DNA of 63,287 nucleotides from a virus: IMG/VR virus record IMGVR_UViG_3300048623_000041, positions 1-63,287 of that record; one strand, given 5' to 3'. The notes under the pieces were generated by a model. That model did no database searches, was not told the DNA's origin, and saw only the letters and a program-made list of their open reading frames with translations. Each line of letters begins with the position of its first letter. The first letter of the stretch is position 1. Shown one piece after another: positions 42,933 to 51,402 of this stretch. The position numbers and the translations under genes are program-made.

Positions 42933-43366
42933 ACGACATTCCTTCCGTCGATCTTGGCAACGAGTGCCACCATGTCAGCCGGGGTCTGGAGATGGACGGG
43001 GAACGCCTCGGCGAGCACGTCCCGGACCTGTCTGAGCGCCGGGGCCTCGGAGCGATGCATGATCGTGTCGTTGACGAGGATGATGACCGAGATGCGCCAG
43101 CGCTCGACGGCGATCGCGGTGGCGGCTGCGTCGCTGGTCAGACGCTCGACCTTGGCCTTCAGTTCCGAAATGTCGTCCTTAACCGCAGAGTCGAGCGTTT
43201 CCTCGCGCTTGCGGATATCGGCGTCCCAGGCGCGCAGCCGCGAGTGGTAGCTGTCAGACCGCTTGCCCCACCAGCCGAGAACCCATGCGACGCCGCCACC
43301 GAGCAGGGGCACACCCGTCGCTGCCGCCGCCCACCAGCCCGCGTCCGAAGGAAGACCGTCTGCCAT
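42929..43366 (-). CDS. TM plus coiled-coil protein at the head of the lysis cassette
   Basis: MADGLPSDAGWWAAAATGVPLLGGGVAWVLGWW followed by a coiled coil. Its ATG overlaps the fibre stop by 1 nt. Confidence 0.5.
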   Translation of the reverse strand: MADGLPSDAGWWAAAATGVPLLGGGVAWVLGWWGKRSDSYHSRLRAWDADIRKREETLDSAVKDDISELKAKVERLTSDAAATAIAVERWRISVIILVNDTIMHRSEAPALRQVRDVLAEAFPVHLQTPADMVALVAKIDGRNVV

Positions 43367-44490
43367 CAAACAGACCTCTTCTTTGCAGGTGCGCGCTTAC
43401 GGACTGGCCTGCGCTCGATCTGCTCCAGCCGCGCCTTGATCGCAGCATTCTCTGCGAGGAGGTGTTGCAACACGCGTATCGTCACCGGGTCGCCGGCCTG
43501 GCTGTAATCAACCCCTTGGGCGACGATATTGCCGTCCTTATCGACGGCGCCAGCATCGCCGTGCACGGCATGCGGACGAACTTGTTGCACCTCCGTCGAA
43601 AGCCACATCGGGCGCTGGAGGCCGCCGTCACTGATCATCCGGGCCTTGATCGGATGCAGTCCAGCGACAATCGCAATGGCCTCGTCCGCCGGCAGATCCT
43701 CGACCATCTCCTTGAGCCGCGGATCCGAAGATGTGTTGAAACCAGTGGCCGAGCCGACGGTCGTGATCGAGCCGACCCGGCTCGCGCCGCTGTCGTTGTA
43801 GAAGCTCATGATGCTGTTGGTCGTCCCAGGCACCCTGAAAGCCGCCGCGCTATCGACGCCGTAGCAGTTGAGCGTAGCGGGTACGGTGGCGTCAAAAGGC
43901 GCGGTTACGCCGAGCATCAAACGCCCTGAGCTGAAGCGTCCTATCTCTCCTGCATTGGCCGTAATCGACAACCCGCCGCCCGACAGGCCAGCCATCACCG
44001 CATATTGTAAGGAAGCGGCATTGTTGACGAATTGCAGATAGGCCTTGCTGGGATCACCCGTTGCGTCGTGAATGACCACCGCGCCTGTTGACCCGCTGTT
44101 CGGGGACAGAAATCGCGACGTCGCAACAAGGCCATCGGCATTCTTGTAGACCAGCCGCGACAGCGTCAGGTTGGTCAGCGCCGCGCCGTCGAACAGCGCC
44201 AGCGATTCGGTGCCGAGCAGCGGCCCGGCCGCCGCCAGCGCGCCGGGATTGGTCAGCTTGTCGAGCACGGACTTCACCGTCTCGCTGCCGTACCCGACCA
44301 GCGTCCCGCCGCGTCCCGCCGTCACGCCGTCGGCGAGATGGCCGCGCAGCAGGATATCGGCCCCGGAATCGATCTCGGCCTGCACCTGCTCGAACCCGGC
44401 GAGGATGCCCGTAAGGTTGATGTTGACGCCAGACGCCAGCGCCCGGGTGAACGGCACGACATTCTGCGGCGTGTAGTACCGGCTGCTCAT
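43366..44490 (-). CDS. Tail fibre with a C-terminal S74-type intramolecular chaperone domain
   Basis: Trimmed to MSSRYYTPQN. C-terminus: SSDPRLKEMVEDL...LSTEVQQVRPHAV...VDYSQ...LQHLLAENAAIKARLEQIE. Confidence 0.7.
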   Translation of the reverse strand: MSSRYYTPQNVVPFTRALASGVNINLTGILAGFEQVQAEIDSGADILLRGHLADGVTAGRGGTLVGYGSETVKSVLDKLTNPGALAAAGPLLGTESLALFDGAALTNLTLSRLVYKNADGLVATSRFLSPNSGSTGAVVIHDATGDPSKAYLQFVNNAASLQYAVMAGLSGGGLSITANAGEIGRFSSGRLMLGVTAPFDATVPATLNCYGVDSAAAFRVPGTTNSIMSFYNDSGASRVGSITTVGSATGFNTSSDPRLKEMVEDLPADEAIAIVAGLHPIKARMISDGGLQRPMWLSTEVQQVRPHAVHGDAGAVDKDGNIVAQGVDYSQAGDPVTIRVLQHLLAENAAIKARLEQIERRPVRKRAPAKKRSV

Positions 44491-46556
44491 CCCCTGACGA
44501 CCTTTCCTTGGCTCCAATTCGGCGTGTATGCGGACAGCGTGTAGGGGTCGTCGGCAGGGGCGTTGTCGCAGATGATGAGCGGGGCGACGCCGATCGCGCG
44601 CCCGTCGATATGGGTGAACACCGTGCCTTCGTCGGCGGCGTCCCAGATGAACTCGTCCCAGTTCGCGATGTCCCAGCGGCCACCCGCGCCATAGGCGGTA
44701 AAATCATCCATGCCGGTGATCGGACTGGCCTCGCCCGGCCCGAACTCGGCGGCGATGGAGAAGCGCGAACGGCCCTCGGACGTGACCTCGAAGCCCAGCC
44801 CATGAAAGCGTTTCTCCCGGCGGGGCTGGCCGACCCGGTTATAGGGGAACCGGATATAGCCAGCGACGCCGCTGCCATCGACCGAGGTGCCGCGATCCAG
44901 GCGGTAGAGGAAGCCATCGGTGCCGCCGATGAACATGCCCTCGGAGCCGTCCGCCATGTCGCAGTTGAACAGGCAGGACGGGGTGAACGCGAGCTGGACC
45001 GGCAAGGCTTCGGGAAATTTGCCGCCGGTGTAGATGTGGAGGCCGATGCCGTCGGACCAGAAGATGCGATATTGGGTCTTGGCCTTGCACGCGATCGAAC
45101 CGACCGGACGCTGCCCGGCTTCGAACCGCTGGTTCAGGAACGGCCATACCAGTTCCGTGAGGGTGCCGGCGCGGAAGTTGCCGAACTCCTGCGTGGCGGC
45201 GACCGTGCGCAGGCCCTGCCGATCGAGATAGACGGCGCGGCCGACCCGCTGCGCCGTATACTCCTCGGCGCCGGCCTCTTCGGTCAGATCGTCAAGCTGG
45301 AAGGTCTCGACGTCGCGGCCGGAAAGAACCGATATCTTCTTGGTCGTGAAGATGATGAGCGCCGTCTCGCTGGCCTCGATCATGTCCGTGATGTCGGCGC
45401 CCATGCCGATTTCCTCGGCGCCGAGCACGACGTCCCAGAGCAGGGGCTCACCGGGTGCGCTGTGCTGCAGCGAGCCGCCGGCAAAGGCGAAGAACAGGTG
45501 GTTCTGGTAGATGAAGATCTTCTTGGGCGTGTCCACGTCCATGCCGGTGCGGATCGGCGTGAACGTCGTGCCGTCGAATTCGAACCCGCGACCGACGCCA
45601 TTGACCCCGTACATCCGGCGCAGATTGCTGGCGCCGTAGAAGTTGTGGCTCTTGCAGATGTAGCGCCCGCCCGGTGGAAGTGTGATCGCGACGCCATTGG
45701 CGACGGCATTGGCCTTGGTGACGCCCGCCACGCGCAAGCCCTCGCCCGCCTGGAACGTCCCGGACTGGCCGGAGATGACGAGATAGCCCGACGCATCGGT
45801 GCCCCACCCGCCCGCGATCTTGACGACCCGGCGAACGACCGCGGTGGCGCCCGAGGTCACGCCCGTGATCGTATTGCCCTCGAAGATCTCGCCGACGCCG
45901 GTCGTGAAGTCGATCTGGCGGCCGAGGTCGACCAGTTGCCAGCCCGAGGCGGTCGCCCGGTACATCGCGACCGCCGTGCCCGAGAGATTGTCACGGAACG
46001 CATAGACGATGCCGTTCAGGTCGCCGCCGCCGCGCAACGGACCGCTGCCGGGGACAGCGGTGATATCGGCGCGAAGATTGTCCTGCGCGAGCGCCAGCAG
46101 CGTGTAGAATTCATCCGCGCCATCGGCGACCCCCGCGACGGGCAGCGACGTGATGGTGGCAACCGGGGTTCCGACGAGCGTCAGGTCTTCGCCGATCTGG
46201 AAGGTGCCGCTGAGGTCGACCAGCGCCAGCGAGCCGGTGGCGTCGCCGAACGCCAGGTCGCCTGCACTGACGACAGGATCGGTCAGGAGCGTCGCGGTCG
46301 CGCCAGAGGTGGCCCCGACGAGGATATTGCCGGGCGCCAGCCCGGTCGTGCCGTCGGAGAAGCCGGCGCGCGAGAAGGACGCTGACGATGGCGCCGGACG
46401 CCCGTCGAACCGCTCATAGCCCTGAACGCGAGCATATCCGGTCTCAAGCGGCTCGTGGTTGAGCGCAGCACGCGCCCGGCCCGGTGGCACCACGATCGAG
46501 GCCGAGACCAGATCGAGGCCACCCCCCAGTCCCACGGGCTGCGGGATCTGGCTCAT
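44487..46556 (-). CDS. Large tail protein (tubular protein B position) with an internal ~55-aa duplication
   Basis: 689 aa. Repeats are at nt 46167-46331 and 45720-45878 (TSGATA...SGTFQxGExL). The function is assigned by position only. Confidence 0.6.
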   Translation of the reverse strand: MSQIPQPVGLGGGLDLVSASIVVPPGRARAALNHEPLETGYARVQGYERFDGRPAPSSASFSRAGFSDGTTGLAPGNILVGATSGATATLLTDPVVSAGDLAFGDATGSLALVDLSGTFQIGEDLTLVGTPVATITSLPVAGVADGADEFYTLLALAQDNLRADITAVPGSGPLRGGGDLNGIVYAFRDNLSGTAVAMYRATASGWQLVDLGRQIDFTTGVGEIFEGNTITGVTSGATAVVRRVVKIAGGWGTDASGYLVISGQSGTFQAGEGLRVAGVTKANAVANGVAITLPPGGRYICKSHNFYGASNLRRMYGVNGVGRGFEFDGTTFTPIRTGMDVDTPKKIFIYQNHLFFAFAGGSLQHSAPGEPLLWDVVLGAEEIGMGADITDMIEASETALIIFTTKKISVLSGRDVETFQLDDLTEEAGAEEYTAQRVGRAVYLDRQGLRTVAATQEFGNFRAGTLTELVWPFLNQRFEAGQRPVGSIACKAKTQYRIFWSDGIGLHIYTGGKFPEALPVQLAFTPSCLFNCDMADGSEGMFIGGTDGFLYRLDRGTSVDGSGVAGYIRFPYNRVGQPRREKRFHGLGFEVTSEGRSRFSIAAEFGPGEASPITGMDDFTAYGAGGRWDIANWDEFIWDAADEGTVFTHIDGRAIGVAPLIICDNAPADDPYTLSAYTPNWSQGKVVRG

Positions 46557-47257
46557 GCCAGCGGCTCCACGTCGAGATTGATGCGCGGCGTGCAGTTGTT
46601 GACGAGCGTCTGATAGGCGCTGACGAACTCGGTGCTGGCCGACGCCAAGGCGGTCTGCGTCGCCTCGTCATGGCCGTTGGCGCGCAGCAGCGCCTTCCAA
46701 ACGATGACCTGATGATATTCCTCGCGGCAGATCGGGACATCGAGATTGCTGGTCAGCACCTGCGCGGTGCGACGATAGCCGCCGTCGAGGTGATAGACCT
46801 TGTCCGGGAAGGGGCCGACGCAGAGCTCGCCTGCGGGACTGACCGCCCAGAACATCGGGCGCGAGGCTTGCTGGCCCCGGCTGAAGTCCTGCTTCCAGCG
46901 ATCATAGTCGATCTCGATCAGCGGGCTGTCGTCGCGCTCCGGGGCTGCGGGATCGCGGATCCAGATCGCGCGCCGCCTCGGCGTATCCCGCTCGAACCGC
47001 GAGACGTCGGTCATCGACCAGTCGGTTGCAGGGACATAGCGCCCCTGCCCGGCCGCCAGCGCCTTGCCCGAGAAGTCCCGGCGCATGAACGTCCAGTCGT
47101 CGCGCCGGTTCTGGATATCGAGCCAGGCATCGCGCACCCACGCGACGGACTTGGCGCTACGATTGGTCGCGCCGTCGACGTTCTGGATCAGGCTCGACGG
47201 GGACACAGCACCGCTCTCGCGCTCGACGTCGCGGCAAAGCTGCAGATATGTGCTCAT
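46553..47257 (-). CDS. Tail/adaptor protein (tubular protein A position)
   Basis: 234 aa. Assigned by position only. Confidence 0.5.
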   Translation of the reverse strand: MSTYLQLCRDVERESGAVSPSSLIQNVDGATNRSAKSVAWVRDAWLDIQNRRDDWTFMRRDFSGKALAAGQGRYVPATDWSMTDVSRFERDTPRRRAIWIRDPAAPERDDSPLIEIDYDRWKQDFSRGQQASRPMFWAVSPAGELCVGPFPDKVYHLDGGYRRTAQVLTSNLDVPICREEYHQVIVWKALLRANGHDEATQTALASASTEFVSAYQTLVNNCTPRINLDVEPLA

Positions 47258-47280
47258 GTGCCCCCCTCAAGCGCGCTGGT

Positions 47281-47907
47281 TCAGGCTGCTTCCTGGAGTT
47301 GCGCAGCCGGGGTCTTGCCGACCAGCTGCACGCTGATCTTGGAGGTGCGCTCCTGCCATGCGGCGATATCCTCGTCGCTCGGCAGCGGACCGTGGCTGAA
47401 GGGGTAGGAAAGCTGCCGGGTCTCCTTCAGCACGCACGGCTTGGTGTCGCCGTCGGGATAGGTCGCCTCGTAGGTCGATTCCCAGGCCTGCACGAGATTG
47501 AGATAGAAGCGGTACGGAATCTCGACCTCGACGCCGCGGTTGACGACGATCTGCTCGCCATTGACCGAGATCGGGACAGCGGCCTTGCCGCCGACCTTGC
47601 CGTCCTGGATCATGATGTTGACCTTGACCTTGGGGTCGTAGCGGTAGTGCTGCATTTCCTTGTCAGTCAGGGGCGCTGCCGGCACGTTCAGCAGTGCCTC
47701 GTTCTTCAGCGGCGCCGGCTGCGCCTGCTGGACGACGACGACGTCAGAGGCGAAGATCTCGGTGATGTCCGGTTCGGCCTCGCGGATCTTCGCCAGCAGG
47801 TTCGCGGTCTGGATGCCCTTCTTGACGTCGAGACCCATGATGGTCTGGGCGTGCGCCAGAAGCTGGTTGTAATCAGCGTCTGCGATCGGAATTTTCTTCA
47901 GTGACAT
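47281..47907 (-). CDS. Hypothetical structural protein
   Basis: 208-aa ORF. Confidence 0.6.
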   Translation of the reverse strand: MSLKKIPIADADYNQLLAHAQTIMGLDVKKGIQTANLLAKIREAEPDITEIFASDVVVVQQAQPAPLKNEALLNVPAAPLTDKEMQHYRYDPKVKVNIMIQDGKVGGKAAVPISVNGEQIVVNRGVEVEIPYRFYLNLVQAWESTYEATYPDGDTKPCVLKETRQLSYPFSHGPLPSDEDIAAWQERTSKISVQLVGKTPAAQLQEAA

Positions 47908-47936
47908 GGGGTGTGCCTTTCTCTGGAGAGACGCCC

Positions 47937-48392
47937 TCAGGCGGATTGATTGGTGAGCAGTTCCTTGGCCTCGGTGATGGCGTCGAGCGCGCCCTTGCGG
48001 GTCTTGCCCTCGCCTTCGGCGATCTCTGCGGTGTGGAGCGCGTCAAGCTCCTCGACCGTCAGGCCCGCGAGCGAGTCCCTGAGCTTCGCGATCGGCTGGT
48101 GGATGATCGCGAGCAGGGCCGGATCGGTATCCGCGACGGGAGCACCGGACCCCTCCTTGGTGCCCCCGTCGCTCATTGCAGCCGCTGGGGAGGCTTGATC
48201 CCCTGGCGCAATGGTCTCGAATGGAATGCCGCATTGCTCAAGCGTGGGCGCGAGCGCGGGCTCGATGAAAATCTCGGTGCCGACCGCGAGGTTGAGCACG
48301 GTGCCGTTGAGGTTGAGCCGGAGGGGCTTGCCGGTATCGAGGGTGACCGCGGGGTCGATGACGATCGCGATCGGCTGGGGTTCGTCGGACAT
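47937..48392 (-). CDS. Hypothetical structural protein
   Basis: 151-aa ORF. Confidence 0.6.
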   Translation of the reverse strand: MSDEPQPIAIVIDPAVTLDTGKPLRLNLNGTVLNLAVGTEIFIEPALAPTLEQCGIPFETIAPGDQASPAAAMSDGGTKEGSGAPVADTDPALLAIIHQPIAKLRDSLAGLTVEELDALHTAEIAEGEGKTRKGALDAITEAKELLTNQSA

Positions 48393-48410
48393 GAGGCGGT
48401 CCTTTCAGGG

Positions 48411-48440
48411 CAACGAAAGGGGCGGCCCGAAGACCGCCCC
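48411..48440 (-). terminator. Rho-independent terminator candidate after 48448..48777
   Basis: The minus strand reads GGGGCGG-TCTTCGGG-CCGCCCC followed by TTTCGTT. Confidence 0.55.
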
Positions 48441-48447
48441 CTGATGG

Positions 48448-48777
48448 TTACGGAAGGTTGCGATAGGCCGCGTAGCGGAACACCTTGGCGCTTTCGGACA
48501 GTGCGGTGCCGATGGTGAAGCCGGGTGCGACTTCCGAACCGGGCGTGCTCGATCCCGCGTAGGACGAGATGCTGTTCGAGGTGATCAGCGAGTGCTGCGC
48601 GGTGTCGTGGTTGGCCGACTTGAGCGCCGAAGGCGACGCCATGCCGGAGAACCATTCCCACTTCTCATCGCCGTCGGTGGCGTTCCAGATCACGACGTAA
48701 TCCGGCACCCAGCCGAGCGAGATGTTCTGGGCGGCGGTGTTGCCGGTATAGGTACCGGCCTTGAACTGAGCGTGCAT
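48448..48777 (-). CDS. Small structural protein (decoration-protein position)
   Basis: 109 aa, directly after the capsid gene. Confidence 0.6.
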   Translation of the reverse strand: MHAQFKAGTYTGNTAAQNISLGWVPDYVVIWNATDGDEKWEWFSGMASPSALKSANHDTAQHSLITSNSISSYAGSSTPGSEVAPGFTIGTALSESAKVFRYAAYRNLP

Positions 48778-48839
48778 GTGCGAATTCCCTTCTGATGAAG
48801 CGGATCAGAGGGGGCGAGCCGGAGCCCGCCCCGTCATGA

Positions 48840-49835
48840 TCAGAGGACGCCGGCGCCGACTTCGAGGCGGGACATCCAGGTTTCGTTGAGGCGCACGGCG
48901 GCAAACCACGACTTCCAGCCGACGAAGCCGCGCTGACCCAGCGGGTCCGACTTATCGATGGTGTTCGGGTTGATGACCGTGGGCGTGATCGATCCGCGTC
49001 CGCGCAGTGGCGTGAGGCCATAGGCGTCCATCCCGAAGAACAGCACGGGATAGATGTCGGCGGCCGAACCAGTGGTCGACAGCACGGTCGAACCGGGCGT
49101 GCCGCCTGCGTCCGGAATCGGCGACAGGTCGGGCGACAGGATGTAACGGACATCCTCGACCGAACCGATCTCCTGCTCGCAGATCAGCGTGCGCTGGCCG
49201 TATTTCGCGGTCGGGATGAACCCGGCGAGGTTGCGGATATCGCTTTCGAGGTTGGTGTGACCAACCGCGATATAGGCTTCCTCGATCGCAGACGTGCCGA
49301 TCTGGACGGACGGCGAGAGCACCTTCCGCATCTTCTTGGCCTTCTGGGCGCGAAGATAGCGGGTGACGGCGCGCTGCTTGTTGAGCGAGATCGTGGTGTT
49401 GACCGCAGCGCGGTTGGCACCATTGGCATAGTAGACCGAGGTTCCGGCCTTCAGGATGCCCCAGGTGATCTGCTCGAGGACGGCACCGGCGTTCTCGCCC
49501 GACAGCTCGGACATGATGTCGAGCACGGGATCTTCGGCGATGTCCTGGATCACGTCGGTCAGCGCGGCGATGTCACCGTACTGCTTGATCTGAACCTGGA
49601 CGTCTTCGAAGGTGATGCCGTGCGAGGTGGGCGTGACACCCTCCTGCAGCGGGATCGTCGAAACCGCGAACGGCACCGGACGGCGGAATTTCACCGTGTC
49701 GGACTTGTTCTTTGGAACCGGCTTCACCTGGCCGAACATCGAGAGGATGTTCACCGGGCGGGCGTGCTCCAGCATCTTCGCTTCGGCGTAGAGCGCCGTG
49801 CGCTGGCTGATCGAGCCAAACGTCGCAATGGTCAT
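48840..49835 (-). CDS. Major capsid protein (N4 gp56-type family, HK97 fold)
   Basis: Trimmed to MTIATFGSISQRTALYAEAKMLEHA.... Ends ...LNETWMSRLEVGAGVL. About 330 aa, after the scaffold gene. Confidence 0.7.
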   Translation of the reverse strand: MTIATFGSISQRTALYAEAKMLEHARPVNILSMFGQVKPVPKNKSDTVKFRRPVPFAVSTIPLQEGVTPTSHGITFEDVQVQIKQYGDIAALTDVIQDIAEDPVLDIMSELSGENAGAVLEQITWGILKAGTSVYYANGANRAAVNTTISLNKQRAVTRYLRAQKAKKMRKVLSPSVQIGTSAIEEAYIAVGHTNLESDIRNLAGFIPTAKYGQRTLICEQEIGSVEDVRYILSPDLSPIPDAGGTPGSTVLSTTGSAADIYPVLFFGMDAYGLTPLRGRGSITPTVINPNTIDKSDPLGQRGFVGWKSWFAAVRLNETWMSRLEVGAGVL

Positions 49836-49861
49836 GGTCGTCGTGCCCCCCACTCATGGGA

Positions 49862-50833
49862 TTAGCGACGAGCTTTGGCGTCGATCTTGTTGGCGAATTG
49901 AGCAAAGAGCTGATCCGGATCTTCGACATCGGCGGACGTGACCGGCGGTGCCTTGACCCTGACGTCTGCCCCACCCGCCATCTGCCGTTGCCTGCGCTCG
50001 TCAGTTCTGGGTTCGGGTGGAGTTGGTGTCTGCTTCTGTGCCGGCGCCGGGGCTGCACCGATGTGCTGCCGGAACCTGCTGAGAGCGTCCCCCGCCTCCT
50101 CAGCATCGACAATGGCGTTTGCGTTTCGCTCGATCATGCGCTGGACGTAAAGGGGCTGCTGCTCCTTCCAGTCCTTGAAACCGGGATTGCGGACGAGGTC
50201 GCCCCAGTCAGGATGGGCTTGGTTGAGACGGGTTTCCTGATCGGTTATGAAATCGTCAGTCTGCCGTGTCGTTACCGTACCCGTAAGCTCGTTGATCTTG
50301 GCATCCTGCGCCTTGATCACCTTGAGAAGCGGGCCTGCGACATCGCCGTACTCGGATTCGAGTGCCTTGATCTCGTCAGACTCAAGCAGCGATGTCTCGG
50401 TGCTTTTCGCCTGTCCAACCTGCTTCTTGAGCCCTTCGATCTCCGTGTGGAGATCCTGAACTGTGCGCTCGTGCGCCCTGACCCGGCCTAAATGCGCTTT
50501 CGCATCGAGCTCTGCCTTGCGAGCTAGTTCGCGGGCTTCCTCGAAGGCCGCTTTAAGCTCAGGCGTCGCATTGGCCCAAATGTCGGGTGCTGTCGTCTCA
50601 GCGGGCGCGGCTGCTGCCTCGGGCGCTGGCAATTCCGGCTCGGGCTCGTTGCCCGTGGCGGTCGACACTGGCGGTTCGGCGTCGTTCTGCGGTTCCTCGA
50701 TCGGTTGAGAGCCACCGGCCAGCGGGTCTCGTTCGATCTTGGACGCGAACGCGGCGAACTGCGCATCCAGGTCTTGATCCTCAGCGACCGGCGGCTGGCC
50801 GTCTGACGCTTCGGACGTGTTCAAATCTGCCAT
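49862..50833 (-). CDS. Scaffolding protein candidate
   Basis: 323 aa, acidic, coiled-coil-rich, between portal and capsid. Confidence 0.55.
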   Translation of the reverse strand: MADLNTSEASDGQPPVAEDQDLDAQFAAFASKIERDPLAGGSQPIEEPQNDAEPPVSTATGNEPEPELPAPEAAAAPAETTAPDIWANATPELKAAFEEARELARKAELDAKAHLGRVRAHERTVQDLHTEIEGLKKQVGQAKSTETSLLESDEIKALESEYGDVAGPLLKVIKAQDAKINELTGTVTTRQTDDFITDQETRLNQAHPDWGDLVRNPGFKDWKEQQPLYVQRMIERNANAIVDAEEAGDALSRFRQHIGAAPAPAQKQTPTPPEPRTDERRQRQMAGGADVRVKAPPVTSADVEDPDQLFAQFANKIDAKARR

Positions 50834-50854
50834 GAGTGGGGCTCCTCGTCAATA

Positions 50855-51070
50855 TCAAGCGTATCCCGGCGGTCCGCCGGTCAAGGGGTAGTGGGTTTTT
50901 CCGCCGACCATGGGCTGCTGCTGGGGCTGGATAATCGCCATGACCGCGCGGTAGGCCGCGAGTTCGCCACGAATGGCTGCGTCGTCACCACGACCATGTT
51001 CGAGATCATCGCGCAGCCGCTCGATCGCTTGCGGCAGCTCCTTGGTGAGACGGTCGAACGCGTCGCTCAT
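50855..51070 (-). CDS. Small hypothetical protein (71 aa)
   Basis: C-terminal part of the track ORF. MSDAFDRLTKELPQAIERL.... ATGA overlap with the upstream gene. Confidence 0.45.
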   Translation of the reverse strand: MSDAFDRLTKELPQAIERLRDDLEHGRGDDAAIRGELAAYRAVMAIIQPQQQPMVGGKTHYPLTGGPPGYA

Positions 51071-51402
51071 TGCAGGCCCCAGGCGTAACCGCGGCCACGG
51101 ACATTGTGGAACGGCACCGGCAGCGCCGCGCCATGCAGCTTCTGACGGACGCGGCAGATGAAGACCTGCGCGACGTTGCGTGGATCCTCGCTGTCGGAGA
51201 TGCGCTGGCCGAGCGTGGCCGAGGGAACGACGCGGCCATGCTGCGCGGCGATGGCGTGAAGCAGCAGCGCCTCGCCCGAAGTAAGGTCGATGTCGCGCCC
51301 GCGATAGGCGGCGGACCCGCGCGGATCGAGCAGGAAGCCGTCGCGGGCAATGGTCTTGTCGGACACGAGGTTGAACCCGCAGCTCGGGCAGAACTGGCTC
51401 AT
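51067..51402 (-). CDS. Zn-ribbon plus OmpR/PhoB-type winged-helix DNA-binding protein (no receiver domain)
   Basis: Trimmed to MSQFCPSCGF.... LTSGEALLLHAIAAQHGRVVPSATLGQRI...VFICRVRQKL...VRGRGYAWG fits the Trans_reg_C pattern. ATGA overlaps at both ends. Confidence 0.7.
   Translation of the reverse strand: MSQFCPSCGFNLVSDKTIARDGFLLDPRGSAAYRGRDIDLTSGEALLLHAIAAQHGRVVPSATLGQRISDSEDPRNVAQVFICRVRQKLHGAALPVPFHNVRGRGYAWGLQ

Noticed and set aside
48778-48839. GC-rich imperfect hairpin after the capsid gene as a terminator.
   Set aside because: The stem has a mismatch and no T-run follows on the minus strand. It is at best an attenuator or stability element.
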